Part shown: positions 37,810-46,960 of the stretch, piece after piece
Layout: the number at the start of each line of letters is the position of its first letter
Position numbering within the stretch: position 1 is the stretch's first letter
DNA from: Erysipelotrichaceae bacterium
GTDB lineage: Bacteria; Bacillota_I; Bacilli_A; Erysipelotrichales; Erysipelotrichaceae
Assembly: GCA_047971145.1 (NCBI GenBank)
Contig: JBKDZL010000028.1
Coordinates: 11,556-75,555 of the forward strand
DNA length: 64,000 bases
Reading direction: 5' to 3'
The notes under the pieces: generated by a model
Told to the model about the DNA's origin: nothing
The model's input: the letters and a program-made list of their open reading frames with translations, nothing else
Database searches by the model: none
Position numbers and translations under genes: made by a program

Positions 37810-38146
37810 TTATTCTATTAATCGATAATTGCAAAATTGATAAAGATACTACTGATGCCGCAAAAATAGCTAAAATTACATTCAAAGTAGAATTATCAGC
37901 AGCCGTATTATCATATGCTAATTCTAACTTATAAATATCCCTACTAGTAACATACACCCAATATAAGAAATAAATTCCACAAGTGAAAAGACTTAAGAAA
38001 ACCACCAAGCCACCAGAGCGATATTTATTATCATTTTTTAAAATTGCAATATCATTAGTCAAACAAATAACCCAATACCAAAAATAAAGTCCACAAGTGA
38101 AAATACTTAACAGCACTGCACTAACTATATTCTTTTTTCTAACCAT
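37793..38146 (-). CDS. DUF4234-like membrane protein
   Basis: 117 aa with a repeated CG(L/I)YF(W/L)YWV motif, typical of DUF4234. AAAGGAGG RBS. Overlaps the next gene by 17 nt. Confidence 0.7.
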   Translation of the reverse strand: MVRKKNIVSAVLLSIFTCGLYFWYWVICLTNDIAILKNDNKYRSGGLVVFLSLFTCGIYFLYWVYVTSRDIYKLELAYDNTAADNSTLNVILAIFAASVVSLSILQLSINRISDKKL

Positions 38147-38337
38147 AAATATAAACCTCCTTTATATAATTAAAATTATAACACATTTAATATAAATAAA
38201 GAAAAACAATCATTGACAATATTAAAACGTTTTAATCGAATCAATAATAATTAGCATAACCCGAAAATATCCTCTTAAAAACTTCATCATAGTGTAAGAA
38301 TTCACATTTACTACTTACCTATTTCTTTTGTAAATTA

Positions 38338-38366
38338 AAATAAGACTTCTTATTAAGAAGTCTTAT
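38338..38366 (-). terminator. Hairpin terminator downstream of the HAD hydrolase gene
   Basis: 13-bp perfect stem AATAAGACTTCTT / AAGAAGTCTTATT with a 3-nt loop. TTTAATTT follows on the reverse strand. Confidence 0.5.
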
Positions 38367-38491
38367 TCTAAAATCAATACTATACGTATATTTATCATGC
38401 TATATATCAAAGGAATACTTTCCTTGTTGTTTATAGTTTATAATAAATATTTGTTTTAAATATGAATAAATTATGTGAAGTGATGTGAGAG

Positions 38492-39244
38492 TTATATTAA
38501 TTTTGATAAATCATTAATAATCATACTCGGTTTAATATTTAATCGTTCGATATCTTCTTGATTATGTGTTCCACCCAATACTAAGCATGTTTTGATGCCA
38601 CTATTGATACCACATAAAATATCTGTTTCCAAATTATCACCAACTATCATGACTTCACTAGATTGATAACCAAAATGCTTTAGAGCATAGTCGATATAAA
38701 TTTTAGTAGGCTTACCAGTAATTATAGGTGTTTGATTAGCACTATAAGCTAACATATTAACCACAGCCCCAGTACCACATTTTATACCATCCTCACTCAT
38801 AAATATCCGATCATTATTAGTGCCTACTAATTTGGCACCTTGGTAAAGATTACGACAACCTAAAGAGTAATCAAGATAGTTTGCATCCCCATTTGAGCCT
38901 ACTACTACAATATCAGCGTACTCATCCACAATATCATAACCATTATTTAACAGCTCGGATCTTAGTCCATTTTTACCAATTACATGGACTTTATTGCCTG
39001 TGATATTTTCTTTTAGATAAGCAACACAAGCAATCGCTGAATTAAAAAATTGCTCAGGCTTAATATTACTAAATCCTAACTTTTCCATATGTTGCACATT
39101 TTCTAAAGGCGTTCTAGAAGAATTATTGGTGATAAAGCCAAATTGTTGTTTAGTTTTGTGCAAATGATTTATTAATTCAATCGCCTCACTAACTACTTTA
39201 GTTCCATGATAGAGAGTTCCATCTAAATCAAATAATAGTTTCAT
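38492..39244 (-). CDS. HAD-superfamily subfamily IIA hydrolase (NagD-like sugar phosphatase)
   Basis: LFDLDGTLYHG, ITNNSSRT, GKP and VGDNLETDI motifs. Confidence 0.8.
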   Translation of the reverse strand: MKLLFDLDGTLYHGTKVVSEAIELINHLHKTKQQFGFITNNSSRTPLENVQHMEKLGFSNIKPEQFFNSAIACVAYLKENITGNKVHVIGKNGLRSELLNNGYDIVDEYADIVVVGSNGDANYLDYSLGCRNLYQGAKLVGTNNDRIFMSEDGIKCGTGAVVNMLAYSANQTPIITGKPTKIYIDYALKHFGYQSSEVMIVGDNLETDILCGINSGIKTCLVLGGTHNQEDIERLNIKPSMIINDLSKLI

Positions 39245-40638
39245 TAGCCAATTGATCCTTCCATATCCAATTGCAATAATTGATTAAGTTCCACAGCATA
39301 CTCCATTGGTAACTCGCTAGTAAAAGGCTCTAAAAAGCCCATTACAATCATGGCAGTGGCATCTTTCTCACTAATACCCCGAGACATTAAATAAAATAAT
39401 TGTTGCTCAGAAATATTAGAAACACTAGCTTCATGTTCCACTGTTGAATTACTAGTTTTAACTTTATTAATAGGAATTGTATCGCTATAAGAAATACTAT
39501 CAAGTAGTAAAGTATCACACTCGATTTTGCTTTTAGCATATTGCGCCTTTTCATTATGATAAACTAGACCTCGATAGTTAGTTCGACCCCCGCCCATCGC
39601 AATTGATTTCGAAATAATATTACTAGAGGTATGAGGAGCTAAATGAATCATTTTAGCACCAGAGTCTTGAAACTGATCAGTTTTGGCCACCGCAATAGCA
39701 ATACATGTACCCTTAGCATACTCCCCATTTAAAATACAAGTAGGATATTTCATATTCATTTGTGAGCCAATATTACCATCAATCCATTCCATTGAACCAT
39801 ATGCTTCCACTTTTGCTCTTTTAGTTACTAAATTAACAATATTATTAGACCAATTTTGAATAGTTGAATAGCGACAAGTAGCATTTTCCTTAACAATGAT
39901 TTCTACCACAGCTGCATGCAAAGATTCACTAGAGTAAACCGGAGCAGTACAGCCCTCAACATAGTGTAAATCAGCCTCATCTTCAACAATAATCAAAGTT
40001 CTCTCAAACTGCCCCATTCTCTCAGAGTTAATACGGAAATAAGATTGTAAAGGCTTATCTAATTTAACTCCTTTTGGAACATAAATAAATGAGCCACCTG
40101 ACCAGACACAGGAATTTAAAGCAGCATACTTATTATCATCATAAGGTACTAAACTCCCAAAATATTCTTTAAAGATTTCAGGATATTGTTTTAGTGCACT
40201 ATCAGTATCTAAAAAGATTACTCCCTTGTCTTCTACCTCTTTTAGCATACTATGATAAACAACCTCTGATTCATATTGAGTCGCAACTCCCGCTAAAAAG
40301 TCTCGCTCAGCTGCTGGAATTCCTAACTTATCAAAAGTATCTTTAATCGTATCAGGAACATCATTCCAACTTTTTTCCATTTTGTCACTCGGCTTAATAT
40401 AATAAGTATATGCATCAAAATCCAACAAGCTTAAATCTACACCCCAATCCGGATTTTTAGTCTTAATAAAGTGTTGATATGCCTTTAAACGATAATCTAA
40501 CATCCACTCTGGCTCTTGTTTAATACTAGATATTTCTTTGATTACTTCCTCACTTAAACCTTTATTAGTTTTGAATACTGAAACATCCTCATCATGAAAA
40601 CCATATTGATATTCTTGCTCAAAATTATTTTTTTTCAT
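39244..40638 (-). CDS. sufB: Fe-S cluster assembly scaffold SufB
   Basis: Strong SufB signature throughout ([24 protein letters not shown]..., [23 protein letters not shown]). Start set to the ATG at 40638 ([10 protein letters not shown]), with GAGGA 8 nt upstream. Confidence 0.93.
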   Translation of the reverse strand: MKKNNFEQEYQYGFHDEDVSVFKTNKGLSEEVIKEISSIKQEPEWMLDYRLKAYQHFIKTKNPDWGVDLSLLDFDAYTYYIKPSDKMEKSWNDVPDTIKDTFDKLGIPAAERDFLAGVATQYESEVVYHSMLKEVEDKGVIFLDTDSALKQYPEIFKEYFGSLVPYDDNKYAALNSCVWSGGSFIYVPKGVKLDKPLQSYFRINSERMGQFERTLIIVEDEADLHYVEGCTAPVYSSESLHAAVVEIIVKENATCRYSTIQNWSNNIVNLVTKRAKVEAYGSMEWIDGNIGSQMNMKYPTCILNGEYAKGTCIAIAVAKTDQFQDSGAKMIHLAPHTSSNIISKSIAMGGGRTNYRGLVYHNEKAQYAKSKIECDTLLLDSISYSDTIPINKVKTSNSTVEHEASVSNISEQQLFYLMSRGISEKDATAMIVMGFLEPFTSELPMEYAVELNQLLQLDMEGSIG

Positions 40639-41074
40639 TATTATAATCCTCAATTAGACTATGCATACCATCAATACCAATAGTAGCACACTTAATTCGA
40701 TTAGCTTGTTTGGATACATTATGAAATGCATAAGCTTCTGCCAATAAATCCTCATCAAAAGCTTCTTCATGAATCATTTTGTAGTATTCTTGTAAAATTT
40801 TCTGAGCCTCTTGGATATTTCTTCCTTGTAATAAATCACTCATTATTGAAGTAGAGGCAGTAGAAATTGCACAACCTACCCCATCAAAATTAACTTCAGC
40901 AACTATTTGATCAACAAATTTTATTTGAATATGTAAATCATCAATACAAGAGCTAGAAGCCATATGAATATTAAAATAATCAGCTCCATCTTTTAAACCT
41001 TTATTATGGGGATATTTATAATGGTCCATAATTACTTCTCTTAAAACTTGAGGATTTTTTAATAACTCATTCAT
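40625..41074 (-). CDS. sufU: SUF-type sulfur acceptor SufU (IscU-like)
   Basis: [22 protein letters not shown] and NRIKCATIG give the three Cys ligands. Start set to the ATG at 41074 (MNELLK). Confidence 0.88.
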   Translation of the reverse strand: MNELLKNPQVLREVIMDHYKYPHNKGLKDGADYFNIHMASSSCIDDLHIQIKFVDQIVAEVNFDGVGCAISTASTSIMSDLLQGRNIQEAQKILQEYYKMIHEEAFDEDLLAEAYAFHNVSKQANRIKCATIGIDGMHSLIEDYNNEKK

Positions 41075-41075
41075 C

Positions 41076-42308
41076 TTATAACCACCCTTCAATACACTTC
41101 TCTAAAGATATTTCACTCAACACTTCAACAAATTTGTCAATTTCAGCTTTAGTATTATAGAAATAAAAACTAGCCCTTAATGTTTCATTTGTTCCTAAAA
41201 TATTCATTAAAATCTTGGCACAATGATTACCAGCTCTTAAACAGATCCCATGCTGATTTAGATAACCTGCGGCATCTTGAGCAAAAATACCATCAATATT
41301 AAAAGTGATAATACCAGCATCAGCATGTTTATTATAAATAACAATATTATCTAAAACTTCTAATTTACTTACTAAATAAGCTCTAAGTTCGCTCTCATAT
41401 TTATGAATATTTTCAATACCAATATTATTAATATATTCTATGGCTTTTCCCATACCCAAGACCCCTTCAATAGCTGGTGTTCCAGCTTCAAATTTGAAAG
41501 GAGGTTGTTTTAAAAGAATATTACCACAAGTATCGAAGCGAGCATTAGCACCACCACCCATCATAAAAGGATCAGTCATTTCTAACAACTCATATTTACC
41601 ATATAAAACACCAACTCCGGTTGGTCCACATAATTTATGAGCTGAAAAAGCTAAAAAATCAATATCATCTCTTTGAACATCAGTTGGTAAGTGAGGAACC
41701 CCTTGTGCACCATCAACTATAACATAAGCTTTATTGTTATGAGCTAATTCTATCAACTCTTTAACTGGGGCAATAAAACCTAAAACATTAGTTACATTAG
41801 CAAAAGAAACAATTTTAACTTTGTCATTTAAGACACTTTTAAAATTATCAATTGTGATTCTACCCTCTGCATCTAAGGGAATATATTGTACTATAGCGCC
41901 ACACTCCTCTGCTGTTTTAAACCAAGGTAGAATACTAGAGGCATGTTCCGCTTCTGTGGTTAAAATAATATCACCTTTTTTTAAGATTTTTCTACCAAAG
42001 CCATAAGCTACTAGATTTAATGACATACTAGCACCACTGGTAAAAACTACTTCCTCAGCTTTGCAGTTAATAAATTTAGCAATAGTTTCTCTAACATTAT
42101 CAAACTCTTTAGATACTTGAAATGATAAGTCATAATCACCTCTATGAGCATTAGTGGATAAATTATGATAATAGTCTACAACTTTATCAATCACCACATT
42201 AGGTTTAAAGGTTGTGGCAGCACTATCTAAATAAATTAATTCTTGGTTATTGACTTTTTTATTATTTAACATCGGAAAATCTTTTCTGATAGTTTTTACA
42301 TCAAACAT
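41076..42308 (-). CDS. sufS: Cysteine desulfurase SufS
   Basis: Class V aminotransferase with the HK lysine (FSAHKLCGPTG) and the active-site loop RAGNHCA. Confidence 0.93.
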   Translation of the reverse strand: MFDVKTIRKDFPMLNNKKVNNQELIYLDSAATTFKPNVVIDKVVDYYHNLSTNAHRGDYDLSFQVSKEFDNVRETIAKFINCKAEEVVFTSGASMSLNLVAYGFGRKILKKGDIILTTEAEHASSILPWFKTAEECGAIVQYIPLDAEGRITIDNFKSVLNDKVKIVSFANVTNVLGFIAPVKELIELAHNNKAYVIVDGAQGVPHLPTDVQRDDIDFLAFSAHKLCGPTGVGVLYGKYELLEMTDPFMMGGGANARFDTCGNILLKQPPFKFEAGTPAIEGVLGMGKAIEYINNIGIENIHKYESELRAYLVSKLEVLDNIVIYNKHADAGIITFNIDGIFAQDAAGYLNQHGICLRAGNHCAKILMNILGTNETLRASFYFYNTKAEIDKFVEVLSEISLEKCIEGWL

Positions 42309-43015
42309 AATTGGTCCACCTGCCTTATAATTGTTGAATTTAATTCATTTTTAATATTATCATCATGGATTTCATTTAAAACATTACTCAAATAACTTAA
42401 AGCCATTAATTTTATTATCTCCTGCTCACTTAGTCCTCTAAGTTGCATATAAAATAATTGTAACTCATCTAAGCGGCCAATGGTACAGGCATGTTTAGCT
42501 TTTACTTTATCCTCTGCCATTAATAACAATGGTGTTACTTGAATATTCTCTAAGCTACCTGTTGTGAGTACTCTGCTGACCTGAAAAGCTTCTGAGTTAG
42601 AATATCCATGAGGTATTTCACTTGAAACATCACAAGTATAATTACCATTTTGAGTGATAATTGCGTAATTATTAATATTTGAGTAAGTACTCTTAGCTAA
42701 ATGTTTTATTTGATAATTATACTTAAGATTCGCTAAGCATAAACTCGCATTAATTATTTTTATAGAGGCTTCTTTTAATATCAAATTAATCCTCATATTC
42801 AAATTTAAATCTGCTCTGCTAAGATTACTCAGAGTCAAGACTACTTGTGTTGTAATATCACCTCTGATATTAACTACACTATCATTAGTAGCTTCATTTA
42901 TAATATTAACACTAATAGGCTGAGCTATATCAATATCAATATCACAGTCTTCAGTAATTTTAATTATTACTTCATCAGTAAAATTTAATTCTGAAATTTT
43001 AATTAAAACTGCCAT
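42296..43015 (-). CDS. sufD: SufD-like Fe-S assembly protein, short form
   Basis: Position between sufC and sufS. The C-terminal motif HACTIGRLDELQLFYMQLRGLSEQEI is typical of SufB/SufD. Only 239 aa. Confidence 0.7.
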   Translation of the reverse strand: MAVLIKISELNFTDEVIIKITEDCDIDIDIAQPISVNIINEATNDSVVNIRGDITTQVVLTLSNLSRADLNLNMRINLILKEASIKIINASLCLANLKYNYQIKHLAKSTYSNINNYAIITQNGNYTCDVSSEIPHGYSNSEAFQVSRVLTTGSLENIQVTPLLLMAEDKVKAKHACTIGRLDELQLFYMQLRGLSEQEIIKLMALSYLSNVLNEIHDDNIKNELNSTIIRQVDQLCLM

Positions 43016-43017
43016 GA

Positions 43018-43836
43018 TTAAACCCGATCTTTAACAGCGCAAGTTCCCAAACTATACATAAGCTTCTTTTTTGGTTGAGCTGCCAATTTTAAATTCTTTT
43101 CTTTTAAAAGCCAATCATAACCATCACTGTCAATCTTTTCAGCAAGTTCTAAATCACCACTGCAGACAATTTGGCCATCAATCATCACATGGACAAAATC
43201 AAGATTTAATAACTCAGTAAATCTTTTATAATGAGTAACTACTAGTAAAGACATATTTATTTCAGCTTTTAGTTTTTGCAAAGCTTTAGCTACAATATTT
43301 AAAGCATCTACATCTAAACCTGAATCTATTTCATCTAACATGGCAATTTCCGGTTTTAATATTTGCATATGAACAATTTCATTTCTTTTTTTCTCACCAC
43401 CTGAAAAACCTTCATTTAAAAATCGATGAGCTAACTCACTTTTTAATTCCAAATCTTTAATAGCACTTTCCATTTCTTTAATAAACTTAAATAAAGGAAC
43501 TGGCTTCTCTGCCCGAGCATTCATAGCAGCTCTTAAAAAATCTGAGTTTGTTACTCCACTTACTTCAACGGGATATTGCATACCTAAAAATAAACCAACT
43601 TTACTTCTTTGATCAACGCTCATATTTAAAACATCCTGATCATTAAATTTGATTTCACCTTGAGTAACCTGATATTTAGGATGTCCCATAATAGTTTGTA
43701 ACAATGTAGACTTACCATTACCATTAGGTCCTAATAAAACATGAGTTTCACCTTGTTTAATAACTAAGTCAATACCTTTTAATATTTCTTTGCCATCGAT
43801 AGCAACATATAAATTTTTGATAACTAAACTTGACAT
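43018..43836 (-). CDS. sufC: Fe-S cluster assembly ATPase SufC
   Basis: GPNGNGKST, FSGGEKKRNEI, LDEIDSGLD and THY. Confidence 0.95.
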   Translation of the reverse strand: MSSLVIKNLYVAIDGKEILKGIDLVIKQGETHVLLGPNGNGKSTLLQTIMGHPKYQVTQGEIKFNDQDVLNMSVDQRSKVGLFLGMQYPVEVSGVTNSDFLRAAMNARAEKPVPLFKFIKEMESAIKDLELKSELAHRFLNEGFSGGEKKRNEIVHMQILKPEIAMLDEIDSGLDVDALNIVAKALQKLKAEINMSLLVVTHYKRFTELLNLDFVHVMIDGQIVCSGDLELAEKIDSDGYDWLLKEKNLKLAAQPKKKLMYSLGTCAVKDRV

Positions 43837-43900
43837 ATACTTTTCCTTTCATCAATACTATTATTCTAACAAAAAAAACTGATAATACCAATAAAATGCT

Positions 43901-43929
43901 TTGCATATTAATAGTAACTATAATATAAT
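43901..43929 (+). promoter_or_regulatory. Candidate promoter TTGCAT-17 nt-TATAAT upstream of the PrsA-like gene
   Basis: TTGCAT at 43901-43906 and TATAAT at 43924-43929. TGGAGGT RBS before the ATG at 43952. Confidence 0.5.
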
Positions 43930-43951
43930 TGAAAGGTTATTGGAGGTAACT

Positions 43952-44956
43952 ATGAGTGAATTAATGAAGAAATACTGGTTTGTTGTCCTTGTAGGAGCAT
44001 TACTTATTGCCACTTTTGGTTTTGTAATGTTAGAAGAAAACAAAGACAGAGTTGCTGGTAAAAAGGAAGATGGGAAAAATGTCGTCTTTGAAATTGGGGA
44101 AGATGTTATTACAGCGGAAGAATTAAATGAAATGTTAATGGAAGATCAAGACTCTTATATTGAATTAGTGGCTTATAATTTCCAAACTGATGTTTTATTA
44201 CAAGCTGTTGAAATTACAAATGAAATGCGCACTGAAGCTAAAGAATTAATAAGTACAATGCTTAATTATTTTAAAGAATCTTATAGTGATAATTATGAAT
44301 CAGCTCTAGCGCAATGGATGAGTGCTAATGGTTTTACTAAGGAGAGTGAAATTGTTAATTACACCCTACCTTGGATGGTGATTAGACCAATGGTTATGGA
44401 TGAGTACCTTGAGGCTAACTTAGATACTTTCTATGATGATTATGCTAAAGAGTATCAACCAAGATTAATTTCTCACATTTTAGTATCAATGGAAGATCCA
44501 AACTCACCTACTGAGGAAGAATTAGCTAAAGTTGCGGAAATTGAAAAAGAGCTAGAGACAAAGAGTTTTAGTGATGTTGCTACTGGATATAGTGATGATA
44601 CAGGCTCAGCTACTAGTGGTGGTAGTATTGGTATTGTTGATAGTAAAAATGCTAGTGATTTTGTAAGTGAGTTTGCTAGTGCTGCTATGCAATTATCAAC
44701 TGGAGAGACATCTCAATGGGTAAAAACTACTTTTGGTTGGCATTTAATTAAATGTGATGGTTCAGATCGTGATTCACTAATTGAAAGTGATGCCTTATTA
44801 ACTAGATTAAGTGACTTAGGTATCGCTAATATTAGTACAGTATTAGTGGAAAAAGCTGAAGAAATTGGTTTCAGCTTTGCTGATGAAGAATTACAAACTA
44901 AAGTTATCAACTACTTATTAGGTAACAATACTACTGATGAGAGTGAGGGCGAATAA
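43952..44956 (+). CDS. Membrane-anchored parvulin-type peptidyl-prolyl isomerase (PrsA-like foldase)
   Basis: N-terminal TM anchor and a PpiC domain (ISHILV...SGGSIGIVDS...FGWHLIK). Start set to the ATG at 43952. Confidence 0.8.
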   Translation: MSELMKKYWFVVLVGALLIATFGFVMLEENKDRVAGKKEDGKNVVFEIGEDVITAEELNEMLMEDQDSYIELVAYNFQTDVLLQAVEITNEMRTEAKELISTMLNYFKESYSDNYESALAQWMSANGFTKESEIVNYTLPWMVIRPMVMDEYLEANLDTFYDDYAKEYQPRLISHILVSMEDPNSPTEEELAKVAEIEKELETKSFSDVATGYSDDTGSATSGGSIGIVDSKNASDFVSEFASAAMQLSTGETSQWVKTTFGWHLIKCDGSDRDSLIESDALLTRLSDLGIANISTVLVEKAEEIGFSFADEELQTKVINYLLGNNTTDESEGE

Positions 44957-44957
44957 G

Positions 44958-45839
44958 ATGAAAAAAATTATTATAGCTATCATTACTGTATTAGTTTTAA
45001 CAGGCTGCTCTAGTGCAGCTGCTAATTTAAGTAATCAAGAGAATGTTTATACAATCGGTAATTCTACCACAACTTCACAGGATATCTATGAAAAGCTAAA
45101 GAATAATTATGGTGTTTCTACAGTTATTAACTATATTATTGATTATATTTGGCAAAATACTTGTGATACAGATGTTGATTTATTAGCTGATTTTGAAAAC
45201 ACTTATACTATTTATAAAATGTATTATGGTGATGAGTTTTATACGCAAATGGGTTATGCAAGTTTAGATGGTTTAAAGAAAGATTATGTTAGTAATGAAA
45301 AATTACAAGAAATCTATAAAAGTTATATCAATGAATCCTATGATGATTTAGTAAGTGAATATACACCAAATAAATTATCATTAGTAGATTTTGCTGATGA
45401 AAAAACAGCTCAAGAAGCATTGGATAAACTATTAGCTGATGAAAATTTAACTTTGGCTGATATTGCTACTGAATATGAAAGTACTACTTTTAAAGGTAAA
45501 GAAACTGTTTATACTAATGCTACTGGCTTAACCAGAGAATTAAATGATTACTTAAGTAGTAGTGAGATAGGAATAGTTAAGGAAGTGGTTTCAGGAATTG
45601 ATGGTAAATTCTATATAGTTGAAGTTATTAACCCTGATATCACTAATTATGAAGATGCTGTAAAAGAGGCATTTATTAATGTCAATGAAATTATTGAAGA
45701 TGCAATAATAAATTACACCACAAAGTACAATTTAAGTTATTATGATACTGATATTGTAAAAGCTATTAAAGATAATTATCCAGCTTTTCAAGATCCTGAT
45801 AAAATCACTGATAATTTAAATCATAATCATTCGCATTAA
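44958..45839 (+). CDS. Lipoprotein, PrsA/SurA-N-like chaperone paralog without obvious PPIase motifs
   Basis: Lipobox VLTGC. N-terminal region TTTSQDIYEKLKNNYGVSTVINYIIDYI resembles PrsA N-domains. His-rich C-terminal tail HNHSH. Start set to the ATG at 44958, with GAGGG upstream. Confidence 0.55.
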   Translation: MKKIIIAIITVLVLTGCSSAAANLSNQENVYTIGNSTTTSQDIYEKLKNNYGVSTVINYIIDYIWQNTCDTDVDLLADFENTYTIYKMYYGDEFYTQMGYASLDGLKKDYVSNEKLQEIYKSYINESYDDLVSEYTPNKLSLVDFADEKTAQEALDKLLADENLTLADIATEYESTTFKGKETVYTNATGLTRELNDYLSSSEIGIVKEVVSGIDGKFYIVEVINPDITNYEDAVKEAFINVNEIIEDAIINYTTKYNLSYYDTDIVKAIKDNYPAFQDPDKITDNLNHNHSH

Positions 45840-45853
45840 TATGTTAATATTAG

Positions 45854-45877
45854 AAGGTAGCTTAGCTACCTTTTTTT
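45854..45877 (+). terminator. Rho-independent terminator after the lipoprotein gene
   Basis: AAGGTAGC-tta-GCTACCTT followed by TTTTT. Confidence 0.6.
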
Positions 45878-45890
45878 AAGGAGAAATATT

Positions 45891-46277
45891 ATGTGTATAT
45901 TTTGTAAAATAATTAATAAAGAAGTCCCTAGTGAAATAATTTATGAAGATGATCAAGTTATCGCTATTTTAGATATTTCACAAGCCACTCTAGGTCATAC
46001 TTTAGTTTTAACCAAACAGCACTACCCTAACTTTAATGAGCTACCACAATCACTACTGGAGCACCTAATGGTAGTATCACAAAGAATATCAAAAAAACTA
46101 ATCAATTGTTTAGAGGCTGAGGGTTGTAATATTTTAACTAATATTAATGAAGTGGCAGGTCAGAGTGTTTTCCATACCCACATTCATATTCTTCCTCGTT
46201 ATAAAAATGATGATTTAATTATTAAATTTACAGAACATCAAGAAAATCTAGCTGAATTAAAAAGCTCATTAGTTTAA
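45891..46277 (+). CDS. HIT-family (Hint-like) nucleotide hydrolase
   Basis: CIFCKII, and the histidine triad HTHIHILPR. Confidence 0.9.
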   Translation: MCIFCKIINKEVPSEIIYEDDQVIAILDISQATLGHTLVLTKQHYPNFNELPQSLLEHLMVVSQRISKKLINCLEAEGCNILTNINEVAGQSVFHTHIHILPRYKNDDLIIKFTEHQENLAELKSSLV

Positions 46278-46296
46278 CTTAATGAGCTTAATTTTA
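46262..46296. terminator. Hairpin shared by the convergent HIT and flavodoxin-like genes
   Basis: AAGCTCATTA-gtttaact-TAATGAGCTT followed by AATTTTA. Overlaps both CDS ends. Confidence 0.45.
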
Positions 46297-46815
46297 TAAG
46301 GTTTTGAGCCAGTCTATAATTACTGGTGATTCATCAGTAATATCAGAGCCTCTAATTGCTAAGGGATTTAGTACTTTAGCATTTGTAAGTTTTTTGATAT
46401 CTTCAACGCTATTACCAAGACCACTACCTTCATGGGTACAATAAGGCATGATAACTTTATTACTAAAATCATGACTTTCCAAAAATGTCCACATCACCAT
46501 AGGCATAGTTTTCATCCAATTAGGATAGCCTAGAATGATAACATCATAATCATTCACCTCAATATTTTCAGCCAATTCTGGTCGCATATTTTTATTGAAC
46601 TCTTCTTTTGAAACTCTAATTGCCTCAAAATGATTATAGGGATAATCATAAGTGGTTCTAATGGTCAAACAATCACAATTCAATTCTTTTTGGATAGCTT
46701 TTGCTAATAATTGAGTATTACCTTGACCAGTATGAATAAACTTACCTCCAGCATACTTTTCACCTTTATTATGAGAAAAATACGCTAATAAAACTTTTTT
46801 ATCTTTCACCGACAT
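46294..46815 (-). CDS. Flavodoxin-like fold protein (Flavodoxin_4-like)
   Basis: 173 aa. KVLLAYFSH...GNT...VIILGYPNW...HEGSGLG pattern. AAGGAGG RBS. Confidence 0.7.
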   Translation of the reverse strand: MSVKDKKVLLAYFSHNKGEKYAGGKFIHTGQGNTQLLAKAIQKELNCDCLTIRTTYDYPYNHFEAIRVSKEEFNKNMRPELAENIEVNDYDVIILGYPNWMKTMPMVMWTFLESHDFSNKVIMPYCTHEGSGLGNSVEDIKKLTNAKVLNPLAIRGSDITDESPVIIDWLKTL

Positions 46816-46902
46816 ATAGCCTCCTTAAAATAACTATTTAAATTATACTTGAGATAAGAGATATTAACAATTCAATAGCTTTTATTATTTACTAAAAAAC
46901 TA

Positions 46903-46931
46903 TTGTTGTTGCAGTTTTAATATGCTAAGAT
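46903..46931 (+). promoter_or_regulatory. Candidate promoter TTGTTG-17 nt-TGcTAAGAT upstream of the AbgT-family gene
   Basis: TTGTTG at 46903-46908 and TAAGAT at 46926-46931, with TG two bases upstream of the -10. Confidence 0.4.
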
Positions 46932-46960
46932 TTAATATACCTTTATTAAGGGGAGGAAAA

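Noticed and set aside
43952-45839. The two adjacent PrsA-like genes as a novel chaperone system
   Set aside because: The first is a conventional parvulin-type foldase. The second resembles a PPIase-less PrsA/SurA-N paralog. Tandem foldase paralogs seemed to me an ordinary arrangement in Firmicutes-like genomes, so I found nothing that marks the pair as unusual beyond a His-rich C-terminal tail (HNHSH).
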